DNA of 64,000 nucleotides from Acidobacteriota bacterium (GTDB taxonomy: Bacteria; Acidobacteriota; Vicinamibacteria; Vicinamibacterales; UBA2999): assembly GCA_018000455.1 (NCBI GenBank), contig JAGNJW010000008.1, positions 24,294 through 88,293 of the forward strand, read 5' to 3'. Positions 45,403 to 55,020 of the stretch are shown piece by piece (position 1 is the stretch's first letter; every line of letters starts with the position of its first letter). The notes under the pieces were generated by a model. That model had not been told where the DNA came from. It was given only the letters and a program-made list of their open reading frames with translations, and made no database searches. Made by a program: the position numbers and the translations under genes.

Positions 45403-46527
45403 ATGAGACTTCTGAAACTCCGGGCCCCCTTCCTTGGACGCGCGATCCTCGCGCTGTTCTGTTTGGCGGCAGTGCTTCCCGGCGCGGCTAAAGCGCAGGT
45501 ACCACAACTGCAGGTGGTGACCGTAGCAGTCGTGCCGGGACAGCCGGCCACTGTTCTCGTCACGGGCACTCCCGGCGACTACGTCGCCATCGGCGGCAGC
45601 GTCGTCGGTGCAGGGTTCTCGGCCGGCGGCCAGGCCTTATCGCTCGGCTCGGATGTCGTCCTTGTGGCGCAGGGCCGACTCGATGCCGGCGGTCACGCCA
45701 CGTTCCGGTTCGTCCCGCCCTTCCTCGGGACAACGGTTGACCGCTACTACGTGCAAGCCGGCACCTCGACGAATCCGGGGTTTGCGCCCCTGGCGCTGAC
45801 GCCGGGGCAAGTCGTGTTGAATGCCGATCTGGCCGGCGTGCTGATTGGTCCCGCCGGCGCGGATGGAGCTCCAGGACCTGCCGGACCTCAGGGAGCGCCA
45901 GGAACTCCAGGCCCGGAGGGCGCGACGGGGCCGCAGGGACCCGCGGGACCACACGGACCCACTGGCGCGAACGGCGCCGACGGGACTCCCGGGCCGCAAG
46001 GTCCAACCGGTGCGACTGGCGTCGATGGCCCCTCCGGGCCACATGGTCCCGCAGGCCCGCAAGGCCCACAGGGATTCACGGGTCCACAAGGACCACATGG
46101 ACCGACGGGACCGCAGGGGCCTGCCGGCGCGACCGGTGCTCAAGGCATTCAGGGACCCGTCGGGCCGAGCGAAGTCTTCATCACCCAGCCCGCAGAGACG
46201 GTCAAGCTCACCGAACAGATCGAGACCACGGTCCTGGCGTTCAAGTTGCCTGCAGGTAGCTACCTGCTCCAGTCCCACATGCTGCTCGACAACGGCGACA
46301 CCAAGGTCAATCTCACCTGCACCCTCTACGAGGAAGGCACCGTGCTCGGCGTTGCGTCCCTGTTCGTCGAAGCTGATCGGGACGTGGCCGTGTCGATGAC
46401 CTCCGCGAGCGTGGTCGTCGATTCCGCCGTCATCACCATGACATGCCTTGCCGACGACGCTGGAGCCCAGGCGTCGTACCGCACGCTGACGGCGGTGAAG
46501 GTGGGCTCGGTCTCCATTCAGCAATAA
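45403..46527 (+). CDS. Secreted collagen-like (Gly-X-Y) triple-helix repeat protein with globular N- and C-terminal domains
   Basis: ATG at 45403 gives [32 protein letters not shown]. It has about 35 uninterrupted G-X-Y triplets and a beta-rich C-terminal domain of about 120 aa. Confidence 0.8.
   Translation: MRLLKLRAPFLGRAILALFCLAAVLPGAAKAQVPQLQVVTVAVVPGQPATVLVTGTPGDYVAIGGSVVGAGFSAGGQALSLGSDVVLVAQGRLDAGGHATFRFVPPFLGTTVDRYYVQAGTSTNPGFAPLALTPGQVVLNADLAGVLIGPAGADGAPGPAGPQGAPGTPGPEGATGPQGPAGPHGPTGANGADGTPGPQGPTGATGVDGPSGPHGPAGPQGPQGFTGPQGPHGPTGPQGPAGATGAQGIQGPVGPSEVFITQPAETVKLTEQIETTVLAFKLPAGSYLLQSHMLLDNGDTKVNLTCTLYEEGTVLGVASLFVEADRDVAVSMTSASVVVDSAVITMTCLADDAGAQASYRTLTAVKVGSVSIQQ
45847..46164 (+). 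repeat. Gly-X-Y collagen-like coding repeat
   Basis: [51 protein letters not shown]...[11 protein letters not shown]. Confidence 0.9.
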
Positions 46528-46633
46528 GAGGCGCAAACCCAGGCCGGCGAACATCAACCAACAGTCCGGCTAGCTCCGGAAGTTGCTCGGAGCCCCAACC
46601 TTCTCCGGCGTGAGTTCGTCTACTCCTACGCCG

Positions 46634-49207
46634 ATGATCTGCGAGAAATGCCGCGTGCTGCCCGTCCTTGTGGTGTGTCTGCTTGGCTCCGCCCCAACAG
46701 GTTTGGCGGCACCGCCCGACGGCGCCGACCGCGAGCGCGAACGGGCGATCGTGAACGCGCTAGCCGTCTCGGCCGCCGGACCAATCGTCATCGACGGCCG
46801 GTTCGATGAGCCCGTCTGGGCGCTGGCTCCAGTCGTCGGCGAGTTCGTGCAGCGCGAGCCGGCCGAGGGCGCCGAACCCACCGAGCGCACCGAAGCACGG
46901 CTCGCCTACGACGCTGTTGCGCTCTACGTCGCCATCCGCGCCTTCGACCGCGAACCTGGCAAGATCACCGGCATGCTCACTCGTCGCGACGAGCGTTCGC
47001 CGTCCGACTGGCTCAAGGTCGCCATCGACTCGTACTACGACCGCCGCACCGCCTACGAGTTCGGCGTCAATCCCGCGGGCGTCAAGACCGACCGCTACTA
47101 CTTCAACGACGGCGCCAACGACGACAGCTGGGACGCCGTGTGGGACGTGCAGGTGACACGCGACGCCGAGGGCTGGCGCGCCGAGTTCAAGATCCCGTTC
47201 TCGCAGCTCCGCTTCGCCCGCGGCGGTGGCCCGGTGGGCGTCGCCATCATCCGCGATCTGCCGCGCGCGAACGAGACGGCGACGTGGCCGCTGCTCGCCA
47301 GAAGCGTCAACGGCTTCGTCTCGCAGTTCGGCACCGTCAACGGCCTGCAGGCCGGCGCCTCGCCCAAGCGCCTCGAGCTCATGCCGTACACGGTGGGCGA
47401 GGTCATCCGCGCGTCGAAAGACCTCGAGAATCCGCTCTGGCGCGCGACCAACCCTGGCGCCAACGTTGGTGTCGACCTCAAGTACGCCGTCACGCCGGCC
47501 CTCACGCTCACCGCCACGCTCAACCCCGACTTCGGCCAGGTGGAAGCCGATCCGGCGGCCGTGAACCTCGATGCCTTCGAGCTCTTCTTCGCCGAGCGCC
47601 GGCCGTTCTTCGTCGAAGGATCTGGCATCTTCCGCTTCAACATGGACTGCAACGACGGCGACTGCACGGGGCTGCTGTACTCGCGCCGGATCGGACGCTC
47701 GCCGCAGGGCTCGGCCGATACCGACGACGGCGAGTACAGCGAGGCCCCAGTGTCGGCCACCATCCTCGGCGCCGCCAAGCTCACCGGCCGGATCGGACAG
47801 TTCTCGGTGGGCGCGCTCAGTGCCGTCACGCAGAAAGAGCAGGCGACGATCGCCGCCGGGCTCACGCGCCGCCGCCAGACCGTCGAGCCGCTCACGAGCT
47901 TCAACGTGCTGCGTGCCAGGCGCGAGTTCGCCAACAACTCGAACCTCGGCGTGATGCTCACGACCACCAACCGGCAGTCCACCGCCGATACCGCCTTCCT
48001 GGCCGACAACAGCATGGCTGGCGGGGTGGACTACGACTGGCGACTCAGCCCGCGCTACAGCGTCACCGGCTTTCTCGTCGGCAGCCGCATCGCTGGCAGC
48101 GAGGCGGCCATCACCCGCCTGCAGGAAAACGCCGTCCACAACTTCCAGCGGCCCGATGGCGACTACCTCACCTTCGACGATACGGCCACGACGCTGGCGG
48201 GTCACGCCGGTGCCGTCGGGGTCTCGAAGATCGGCGGCGAGCGCGTGCGCTTCAGCGCCAACTACGGCTACAAGAGCCCGGGCTTCGACTCGAACGATCT
48301 CGGCTTCCAGCGCCGCGCCGACGAGCGCACGATGAATCACTGGCTGCAGTGGCGCGACCAGACGCCCGGCAAGTACGTGCGCCAGTACATGGTCAACCTC
48401 AACCAGTGGGCCGGTTGGAACTTCGGCGGCGACCGCCTGTTCGGCGGCGGCAACATCAACATGCACTGGACGTTCCAGAACAACTGGCGCACGGGCTTCG
48501 GCTTCAACATGAACGGTGGCGGCCTGCGCGATCGCTCGACGCGCGGCGGCCCGGTCGTCAGGACCAACGACAGCCTGGGCCTGTGGCACTACATCGACCT
48601 CGACGACCGCCGCGCCGTGACGCCGGGCTACAACGGCTACTTCGAGCGCGACGGCCAGGGCACGTTGCGCTTCAACGCCAACCCCCGCCTCACTTGGCGG
48701 CCGAGCCGAGCCATTCGCCTCGAGACCGGCGTGCGCTTCAACCGCAACGACGACGATGCGCAGTGGGTCGAGAACGTGGACGAGGGGGGCGCCACCCGCT
48801 ACGTGTTCGGACGGCTCGAGCAGCGCACCGTGGCCATGACGCTGCGCGCCAACTACACGATGTCGCCGACGCTGTCGTTCCAGAGCTACGCCGAGCCATT
48901 CGTGTCGGCCGGGCGCTACCAGCGCTTCCGTGAGCTCACGAACGGCCGGGCCGGGGCTTACGCCGACCGCTTTGAGCCCTACGCCTACACGGGCGATGCC
49001 GACTTCAACTACCGGTCGTTCCGCACGACCAACGTGCTGCGCTGGGAATACCGGCCGGGGTCGTCGCTCTTCGCCGTGTGGCAGCAGGGACGCCAAGAGG
49101 ACGGCGACCGCGGCGACTTCCGCTTCGGCCGCGACTTCGGGGGCCTGTTCTCGTCGCCCTCCCGCAACGTGTTCCTGGTGAAGTTCAGCTACTGGTTCAA
49201 TTACTAG
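46634..49207 (+). CDS. Large outer-membrane-type protein, CBM9-like N-terminal domain plus DUF5916-like beta-barrel
   Basis: ATG at 46634 gives MICEKCRVLPVLVVCLLGSAPTGLAAP. Also seen: IVIDGRFDEPVWALAPVVGEFVQREPAEG...LYVAIRAFD. The C-terminus ...FLVKFSYWFNY has an aromatic terminal residue typical of OM barrels. Confidence 0.7.
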   Translation: MICEKCRVLPVLVVCLLGSAPTGLAAPPDGADRERERAIVNALAVSAAGPIVIDGRFDEPVWALAPVVGEFVQREPAEGAEPTERTEARLAYDAVALYVAIRAFDREPGKITGMLTRRDERSPSDWLKVAIDSYYDRRTAYEFGVNPAGVKTDRYYFNDGANDDSWDAVWDVQVTRDAEGWRAEFKIPFSQLRFARGGGPVGVAIIRDLPRANETATWPLLARSVNGFVSQFGTVNGLQAGASPKRLELMPYTVGEVIRASKDLENPLWRATNPGANVGVDLKYAVTPALTLTATLNPDFGQVEADPAAVNLDAFELFFAERRPFFVEGSGIFRFNMDCNDGDCTGLLYSRRIGRSPQGSADTDDGEYSEAPVSATILGAAKLTGRIGQFSVGALSAVTQKEQATIAAGLTRRRQTVEPLTSFNVLRARREFANNSNLGVMLTTTNRQSTADTAFLADNSMAGGVDYDWRLSPRYSVTGFLVGSRIAGSEAAITRLQENAVHNFQRPDGDYLTFDDTATTLAGHAGAVGVSKIGGERVRFSANYGYKSPGFDSNDLGFQRRADERTMNHWLQWRDQTPGKYVRQYMVNLNQWAGWNFGGDRLFGGGNINMHWTFQNNWRTGFGFNMNGGGLRDRSTRGGPVVRTNDSLGLWHYIDLDDRRAVTPGYNGYFERDGQGTLRFNANPRLTWRPSRAIRLETGVRFNRNDDDAQWVENVDEGGATRYVFGRLEQRTVAMTLRANYTMSPTLSFQSYAEPFVSAGRYQRFRELTNGRAGAYADRFEPYAYTGDADFNYRSFRTTNVLRWEYRPGSSLFAVWQQGRQEDGDRGDFRFGRDFGGLFSSPSRNVFLVKFSYWFNY

Positions 49208-49313
49208 CCGGCCTCGCTTCCCGGCGGCGCGCGAAATTCCCTCGCCCTCTCCTCCAGCCCGGACGTAATGTGTACGGCAGCGGTCAGCCCTTCGGCCGCG
49301 CGTTGGAGGTGAC

Positions 49314-49775
49314 ATGGCTGGTATCGGTGGGTGGGTGAGGGCGATGGTGTGCGGCGGAGCGATCCTGGCGACGGGCGTCGTCTGGCTGACGCCAGGGCGT
49401 GCGTCGGCGCAGCAGCGGGAAGGCGCGATGGCGCCCGTCGAAGTGCAAGGCGACGCCGCCCACGGCCGCTACCTCGTCGAGCGGGTGGTGATGTGCGGCG
49501 AGTGCCATTCCACCCGCAACCAGGCAGGAGACATCGTTGAGGGCACGTTCCTCCACGGCGGCCCGATGCCGGCCCGGGTGGCGTGGTCGGCAGACTGGCC
49601 CGTGCAGGTGCCACGCATCGCCGGCCTCCCGGGCTACACCGACATCGAAGCGCAGCGTCTGCTCACGCAAGGCGCCATCAGGCGCAACGGCATTCAGGCC
49701 CGGGCACCGATGCCGCGCTTCCGCATGACGCCGCAGGACGCCGCAGACGTCATCGCGTTCCTGCGCACGCAGTAG
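49314..49775 (+). CDS. Small c-type cytochrome
   Basis: Signal-like N-terminus and the haem motif CGECH. The start is uncertain (49314 or an internal Met). Confidence 0.7.
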   Translation: MAGIGGWVRAMVCGGAILATGVVWLTPGRASAQQREGAMAPVEVQGDAAHGRYLVERVVMCGECHSTRNQAGDIVEGTFLHGGPMPARVAWSADWPVQVPRIAGLPGYTDIEAQRLLTQGAIRRNGIQARAPMPRFRMTPQDAADVIAFLRTQ

Positions 49776-49789
49776 CCCTCGGCGACGGT

Positions 49790-49888
49790 ATGGGAAAAGG
49801 ACGGCTCGAAGCTTTCAGCGACGGCGTGGTGGCCGTGATGTGGCTCGTGCCCGATCGCCGTATCGAGCGCGCGCTCAGCAAGAGCTAG
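49790..49888 (+). pseudogene. 32-codon remnant of a TMEM175/DUF1211-type channel gene (N-terminal signature retained, body deleted)
   Basis: Product is MGKGRLEAFSDGVVAV-MWLVPDRRIERALSKS*. The RxxxFSD motif of TMEM175 TM1 is present, but a full protein would be about 200 aa. Confidence 0.35.
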
Positions 49889-49890
49889 CC

Positions 49891-50145
49891 ATGTCGGTCC
49901 TGCAGAACCTGCGCGACATCCTCTACGGCGTCGCTTACGGACGCTACGAGCGCGAGCTCAAGCAGCAGGCCGCCGAGTTGAACGACTACTTCCTCCTGCT
50001 CTGCTACATGGAAGTGGTAGGCCTGCCGAATCCGGCGGCGTTCTATCTGCTCGAGGTCTATCCGCATCTGCTCGACCAGTTCCATCTCTGGCATCGGCGC
50101 ATGGGCATGGACCGCTCGCCCGTCGGCAGCCTGCCGTGCTGCTGA
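49891..50145 (+). CDS. Small (84-aa) protein ending in Cys-Cys-stop (resembles, from memory, the family annotated 'cory-CC-star protein')
   Basis: ATG at 49891 gives MSVLQNLRDILYGVAYGRYERELKQQAAELNDYFLLLCYMEVVGLPNPAAFYLLEVYPHLLDQFHLWHRRMGMDRSPVGSLPCC*. It overlaps the ArsA-like gene start. Confidence 0.6.
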   Translation: MSVLQNLRDILYGVAYGRYERELKQQAAELNDYFLLLCYMEVVGLPNPAAFYLLEVYPHLLDQFHLWHRRMGMDRSPVGSLPCC

Positions 50146-51083
50146 CGCCGATGCAGGGCCTGCTCGATCGCGAGGTGCTGTTCTTCGGCGGCAAGGGCGG
50201 CGTTGGCAAGACCACCTGCGCGGCGGCCATGGCCCTGGCGGCGAGCCGCGCCGGCCGCAAGGTGCTGCTCGTGTCAACCGACCCGGCGCATTCCACCTCC
50301 GACATCTTCGAGCGGAAGATCGGCGCCGATCCCACCGAGTTGTTGCCCAATCTCTGGGGTCTCGAGATCGACGCCGCCACCGAATCCGCGCGTTACGTCA
50401 GCGAGGTGAAAGATCGGGTGCGCGCACTCTTCGGCCACTCGATCCTCAAAGAAGCCTACAAGCAGATCGATCTGGCGGCCAGCATGCCCGGCGCCGAGGA
50501 AGTGGCGCTCGTCGATCGCATGGGCGGCCTCATCCTCGGCGACGATACGCGCTTCAACCTCATCGTCTTCGACACGGCACCCACCGGCCACACGCTGCGG
50601 CTGGTGCGGATGCCGGAACTGATGGACGCCTGGATCCGCGCGCTCACCAGGTCGCGCCGCGCCATGCTCGGCGTGGAAGGGGACGATCAGGAGGATCCGA
50701 TCCTGCTGTCGCTGCGCGCTCGCTTCGAGCGCCTCCAGGGCCTGCGTGCCCGGCTCACGAGCGGCCGGACGTGCGCCTTCGTGCTGGTGCTCATTCCGGA
50801 GCGCCTGCCGATCGAGGAAACCGCGCGCGCCCTCACGCAACTCGACGACACCGGCGTCCGGATCGGCGGGCTGGTCGTGAACCGCGTGCTGCCGCGCGAG
50901 ACCGCCGACGCGTTCCTGCTGGCTCGCCGCGCCCAGGAGCAGGTGTATCTCGACGAGATCGCGTCACGCTTCGCCAGCCGTCCACGCCTCTACCTGCCAC
51001 AGTACCCCCGCGATGTTTACGGGTTGGCGAGCCTGGGCCCTGTGGCCGAGGCACTCGCCGCCGCCACAGGAGTGTCCCGATGA
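50136..51083 (+). CDS. ArsA/Get3-family P-loop ATPase (single-domain)
   Basis: GGKGGVGKTT is the deviant Walker A. Also seen: STDPAHS and DTAPTGHTLRL. GTG start at 50136 (10-nt overlap) or ATG at 50151. Confidence 0.85.
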   Translation: MLLTPMQGLLDREVLFFGGKGGVGKTTCAAAMALAASRAGRKVLLVSTDPAHSTSDIFERKIGADPTELLPNLWGLEIDAATESARYVSEVKDRVRALFGHSILKEAYKQIDLAASMPGAEEVALVDRMGGLILGDDTRFNLIVFDTAPTGHTLRLVRMPELMDAWIRALTRSRRAMLGVEGDDQEDPILLSLRARFERLQGLRARLTSGRTCAFVLVLIPERLPIEETARALTQLDDTGVRIGGLVVNRVLPRETADAFLLARRAQEQVYLDEIASRFASRPRLYLPQYPRDVYGLASLGPVAEALAAATGVSR

Positions 51084-51595
51084 AGATAGCCCGCCCCAAG
51101 CCCGGCGACTACGCCCCGTTCTACCAGCCCTACCTCGATGCGTCGTCGGTGGACGACGCCCACGAGCTGCTGGCGCCGCAAAGCGACGTGCTCGCCTACA
51201 TGGCCACCTGGCCCGAGACCAAGGCCGGCCACCGCTACGCCGAGGGGAAGTGGACCGTCGGCCAGGTCGTGGGCCACATGGCCGATTCCGAGCGGGTCTT
51301 CGCCTACCGCCTGCTCCGCATCGCCCGTGCCGATGCCACGCCGCTTTCCGGCTTCGACGAGAACGCCTGGCAGATCAAGGCCGGCTTCGAGGCACGGCCG
51401 CTGGCCAGCCTCGTTGCCGAACTCGCCGCCGTGCGGCAGGCGTCGCTGGCGCTCATCCGATCGCTCGACAAGGCCGCGCTCGACCGCGCCGGCTCGGCCA
51501 ACAATCAGCGCGTCACCGCCCGCGCACTCGTGTGGCTGGTCGGCGGACACTTCGCCCACCACATCGGCATCCTCCGCGATCGGTACGGTGCGTGA
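51080..51595 (+). CDS. DinB-family (DinB_2/YfiT-like) four-helix-bundle protein
   Basis: ATGA overlap with the ArsA-like stop. His-containing motifs VVGHMADSERVF and GGHFAHHIGIL. Confidence 0.8.
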   Translation: MKIARPKPGDYAPFYQPYLDASSVDDAHELLAPQSDVLAYMATWPETKAGHRYAEGKWTVGQVVGHMADSERVFAYRLLRIARADATPLSGFDENAWQIKAGFEARPLASLVAELAAVRQASLALIRSLDKAALDRAGSANNQRVTARALVWLVGGHFAHHIGILRDRYGA

Positions 51596-53289
51596 AGGCG
51601 GCGCTTGCCGGCGGCCTGCTGGGCGCGGCGCTCTTTCTCGCCATCGACGGCCCCGAGATCGTCAGGCCGACGAACCTCGGCTGGACCATGCGTCACGACC
51701 TGCAGACCTACGTGCTGGCGTGGACGCACTTCCGGCACACGCCGTGGCAGTGGCCGCTCGGGGCGGTGCCCGCCGTGGGCCACCCGGTGGGTACCTCGAT
51801 CGGCAATGCCGACGCGATTCCCGTCGCCGCCTTCGCGCTCAAGCCCCTGCAGGCCGTGCTGCCCGAGCCGTTCCAGTATCTCGGCGCGTGGCTGCTCGCA
51901 TGCTTCGTGCTGCAGGGCGTCTTCGGGGCGCTGCTGGTCGGGCTCGCCACGCCTGACTGGCGGCTGCAAGTGCTCGGCGCGGCGCTCTTCGTGCAGGTGC
52001 CGGCCCTCATCAACCGCACGGGACACCCGGCGCTCTGCGCCCATTGGCTGCTGCTGGCCTCGATCTGGCTGCTCGTCGACGGCATGCGGGCATCACGCCG
52101 CTGGCACGTCGGGGCCTGGCTGACGCTCTCGGCGCTCGTCGCGGCCACGCAACCGTATCTCGCGGCGATGGTGCTGGCGCTGGCGGTTTCGGCCCTTGGC
52201 AATCGGGCGTGGGGGCAGCGTCCGGCGCGGCGGGCGCTGGCGGGGTTGGCCGCCAACGTCCTTGCGGTGGCCGTTGTGACGGGCCTCGTGTTCTGGCAAT
52301 GCGGCTATTTCCTCGTCGGATCGGCGGGCGCATTGCAGTCCGCCGGGCTGGGATACTACTCGATGAACCTGCTCGCCCCCGTGATCGGGATGGGCTACTC
52401 GACGCTGCTGCCCGAGATTCCGCTCGCCACCCAGGGCCAGTACGAGGGCCATGTCTACTTCGGTCTCGGCTGGCTGCTCGTGACGGTGGTGGCGATCGTA
52501 GTGGCCGCGCGCCGCCGCGGCGCGATGCCGCGGCTCGGCCTCGGCTGGCTCGCGGTGGCGGCGTGCACGGTCATGGCGGTCAGCCCGGTTGTGACCTTCG
52601 GCGCGGCCACGCTCATCGACCTGAACGCCTGGGCGCCGGCCAGCATGGCGATGTTCCGCTCGAGCGGTCGCTTCGGCTGGGTCTCGATGTATGCCGTCTT
52701 CGCACTGACGGCGATGGTGGTCGTGTCGCGCCTGCCACGGCGGACCGCGCTCGCCGTCCTGGCCGGTGCCGTCGTGCTCCAGGCCGTGGACCTCAGCGCC
52801 GCCTACCGTGCCATCGAAGGGCGCCGGCAGAGCGCGTGGTGGACCGACTATGACTCGCCCATGAAGAGCCCCGCGTGGGAGGTCCTGGTGCCGGCCTACC
52901 GCCACCTGGCCATGGCGCCGCCGGACATGTGCACGGAGGTGTGGGCGCCGGCTGCCGGTCCGCATCTGCCGTTTTCGCTCATGGCCGGCAGTCACGGCGT
53001 CACGATCAACTCCGGCAATGCCGGCCGCTACGATCTCGCGGAAGTGCTGCGCTACTGCGCCACGCTCGAAGCCGACCTGCGGGCCGGGCGCGTGGACGAC
53101 GAGAGCCTCTATGTGCTCAGCCCGGCGATGCGCGCGGTGCTTGGCGCAGCCACGCGCCGGCCGCTCGCGTGCGGCGTGCTCGATGGCTTCGACGTCTGCA
53201 CGGCAGCCGACACCTGGAGCCGCTGGCAGGTGGCGGCGTCGCGCGCAGGGTTCACGGCCACCGCCGTCGGGCCCGCCGCCCGGCCCTGA
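51592..53289 (+). CDS. Large polytopic membrane protein (DUF6311-like, GT-C-like topology) with soluble C-terminal domain
   Basis: GTGA overlap with the DinB stop. Sequence reads ...DLQTYVLAWTHFRHTPWQWPLGAVPAVGHPVGTSIGNADAIPVAAFALKPL...PFQYLGAWLL.... It has about 10 or more TM segments. The family call is from memory. Confidence 0.6.
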   Translation: MKAALAGGLLGAALFLAIDGPEIVRPTNLGWTMRHDLQTYVLAWTHFRHTPWQWPLGAVPAVGHPVGTSIGNADAIPVAAFALKPLQAVLPEPFQYLGAWLLACFVLQGVFGALLVGLATPDWRLQVLGAALFVQVPALINRTGHPALCAHWLLLASIWLLVDGMRASRRWHVGAWLTLSALVAATQPYLAAMVLALAVSALGNRAWGQRPARRALAGLAANVLAVAVVTGLVFWQCGYFLVGSAGALQSAGLGYYSMNLLAPVIGMGYSTLLPEIPLATQGQYEGHVYFGLGWLLVTVVAIVVAARRRGAMPRLGLGWLAVAACTVMAVSPVVTFGAATLIDLNAWAPASMAMFRSSGRFGWVSMYAVFALTAMVVVSRLPRRTALAVLAGAVVLQAVDLSAAYRAIEGRRQSAWWTDYDSPMKSPAWEVLVPAYRHLAMAPPDMCTEVWAPAAGPHLPFSLMAGSHGVTINSGNAGRYDLAEVLRYCATLEADLRAGRVDDESLYVLSPAMRAVLGAATRRPLACGVLDGFDVCTAADTWSRWQVAASRAGFTATAVGPAARP

Positions 53290-53360
53290 GTGCGCACACT
53301 CGATCAACTCGCGCCGCCGACCGCGAGCGCCGGGCAGGCGTGGAACGGCCGGCCCGGCCG

Positions 53361-54977
53361 CTAGCCGAGCGTGGCCAGCTCGAGATCCGGGTTCTGTTGC
53401 TGCATGTAGCTGAGGTGCCACGGCGACTCGAAGAGCAGCACCGGCCGCTCGTCGCGGTCCACGGCGCGCAGCACGCCGGACGAGCGGTTCTCGAGGTCCG
53501 AGAGCGTCTTGGCGTCGGCCTTCACCCAGCGCATGGCCACGTAGGAGATCGGGTCGATCTTGCACTCGACGCCGTACTCCTGTTTGAGCCGCGCCTCGAC
53601 GATATCGAGCTGGAGCGGCCCGACCACGCCGAGAATCGGCTCGCGGCGGCCGTGCACCGGGAAGACCACCTGCATCAGGCCTTCTTCCTCGAGCTGCGTC
53701 ACGCCGGTGACGAACTGCTTCGAGCGCTGATCGAGCAGACGCGCGCGGCCGAAGTGCTCAGGCGGGAAGCGCGGCACCGGCGGATAGCGCACGAACGAGC
53801 CGGCGTAGAGCGTGTCGCCGATGGCGAACTTGCCGGGATTCGGCAGGCCGATGACGTCGCCCGGGTAGGCGCGCTCGACCGTCTCGCGCTCGCCGCCGAA
53901 GAAGCGGTAGGGGCGCGTGGCGCGCACCGTATCGCCGACGCGCGCGTTCACGAGCGCCATGTCCTTCTCGAACACGCCAGAGCAGACGCGCACGAACGCC
54001 ACCCGATCGCGATGCTTGCGGTTCATGTTCGCCTGAATCTTGAAGACGAACCCCGAGAAGCCCGGCGCGAGCGGCGACACCAGGCCCTGCTCCGTCATGC
54101 GCGGCTGCGGCGGCGGCGCCAACGTCTCGAGGGCCTGCAGCAGGGCTTCCATGCCGAAGTTGTCGAGGGCGCTGCCGAAGTAGACCGGCGTCTGATTGCC
54201 GGCCAGGTACTCCGCCCGATCGAAGGTCGTGCCGGCGCCCTTGATGAGCGACGTGTCGTTGATGAGCGTCTCGTGCGCGTCCTTCCCGAGGATGTCGACG
54301 AGCACCGGATCGGCGGCGTGAGTCGAGTGCACGGGCGCGCGGTAGCCGCCGCCCTTCACGCGCTCGTAGAGGCGCGTGTCCTGCGTCACCAGGTCGAAGA
54401 CGCCGCGAAAGCGGTCGCCGCTGCCGATCGGCCAGTTGAGTGGCGCCGTGTGGATGCCGAGCACGCGCTCGATCTCTTCGAGCAGCTCGAACGGATCGCG
54501 GCCCGGAAGATCCAGCTTGTTGATGAAGGTGAGGATCGGGAGCTTGCGGAGGCGGCACACCTCGAACAGCTTGCGCGTCTGCGTTTCGATGCCCTTGGCG
54601 GCGTCGATCACCATGATCACGCTGTCGACGGCAAAGAGCGTGCGATACGTGTCTTCGCTGAAGTCCTGGTGGCCCGGCGTGTCGAGCAACGTGACGCGGC
54701 AGTTGCCGAGGTCGAAGTCGAGGGCGGCCGACGTCACCGAGATGCCGCGTTCGCGCTCGATGTCCATCCAGTCGGAGACGACATGCCGCTGCGTCTTCCT
54801 GCCGCGCACGGCACCGGCCAGCTCGATGGCGCCGGCATAGAGCAGCAGCTTCTCGGTGAGGGTCGTCTTGCCCGCGTCCGGGTGCGAGATGATGGCGAAG
54901 GTGCGGCGGCGGCTGACTTCGGCGGCCAGTTTCGGATCGATGCCCGACGAAGCATCCAGAGGCGTTTCCAGGGTCAC
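53361..54977 (-). CDS. prfC: Peptide chain release factor 3
   Basis: AIISHPDAGKTTLTEKLLL, DTPGHQDF and NKLD GTPase motifs. Length and domain order are typical of RF3. Confidence 0.95.
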   Translation of the reverse strand: MTLETPLDASSGIDPKLAAEVSRRRTFAIISHPDAGKTTLTEKLLLYAGAIELAGAVRGRKTQRHVVSDWMDIERERGISVTSAALDFDLGNCRVTLLDTPGHQDFSEDTYRTLFAVDSVIMVIDAAKGIETQTRKLFEVCRLRKLPILTFINKLDLPGRDPFELLEEIERVLGIHTAPLNWPIGSGDRFRGVFDLVTQDTRLYERVKGGGYRAPVHSTHAADPVLVDILGKDAHETLINDTSLIKGAGTTFDRAEYLAGNQTPVYFGSALDNFGMEALLQALETLAPPPQPRMTEQGLVSPLAPGFSGFVFKIQANMNRKHRDRVAFVRVCSGVFEKDMALVNARVGDTVRATRPYRFFGGERETVERAYPGDVIGLPNPGKFAIGDTLYAGSFVRYPPVPRFPPEHFGRARLLDQRSKQFVTGVTQLEEEGLMQVVFPVHGRREPILGVVGPLQLDIVEARLKQEYGVECKIDPISYVAMRWVKADAKTLSDLENRSSGVLRAVDRDERPVLLFESPWHLSYMQQQNPDLELATLG

Positions 54978-55020
54978 CCTTCAAGGGTACTGGATTCGGC
55001 GATCATGGAGCACCTGCCCG

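Noticed and set aside
46760-49315. 851-aa minus-strand ORF, and similar very long antisense ORFs (105..1175+, 3341..4636+, 7546..8889-, 27232..29199-, 43133..44419-, 52093..53565-, 52875..55493+, 58767..60083-, 60289..61275-)
   Set aside because: Their translations are Arg/Ala/Gly/His/Pro-rich low-complexity strings with no family motifs. The opposite strand carries ORFs with clear catalytic or family signatures. This is typical of stop-poor antisense frames in GC-rich DNA.
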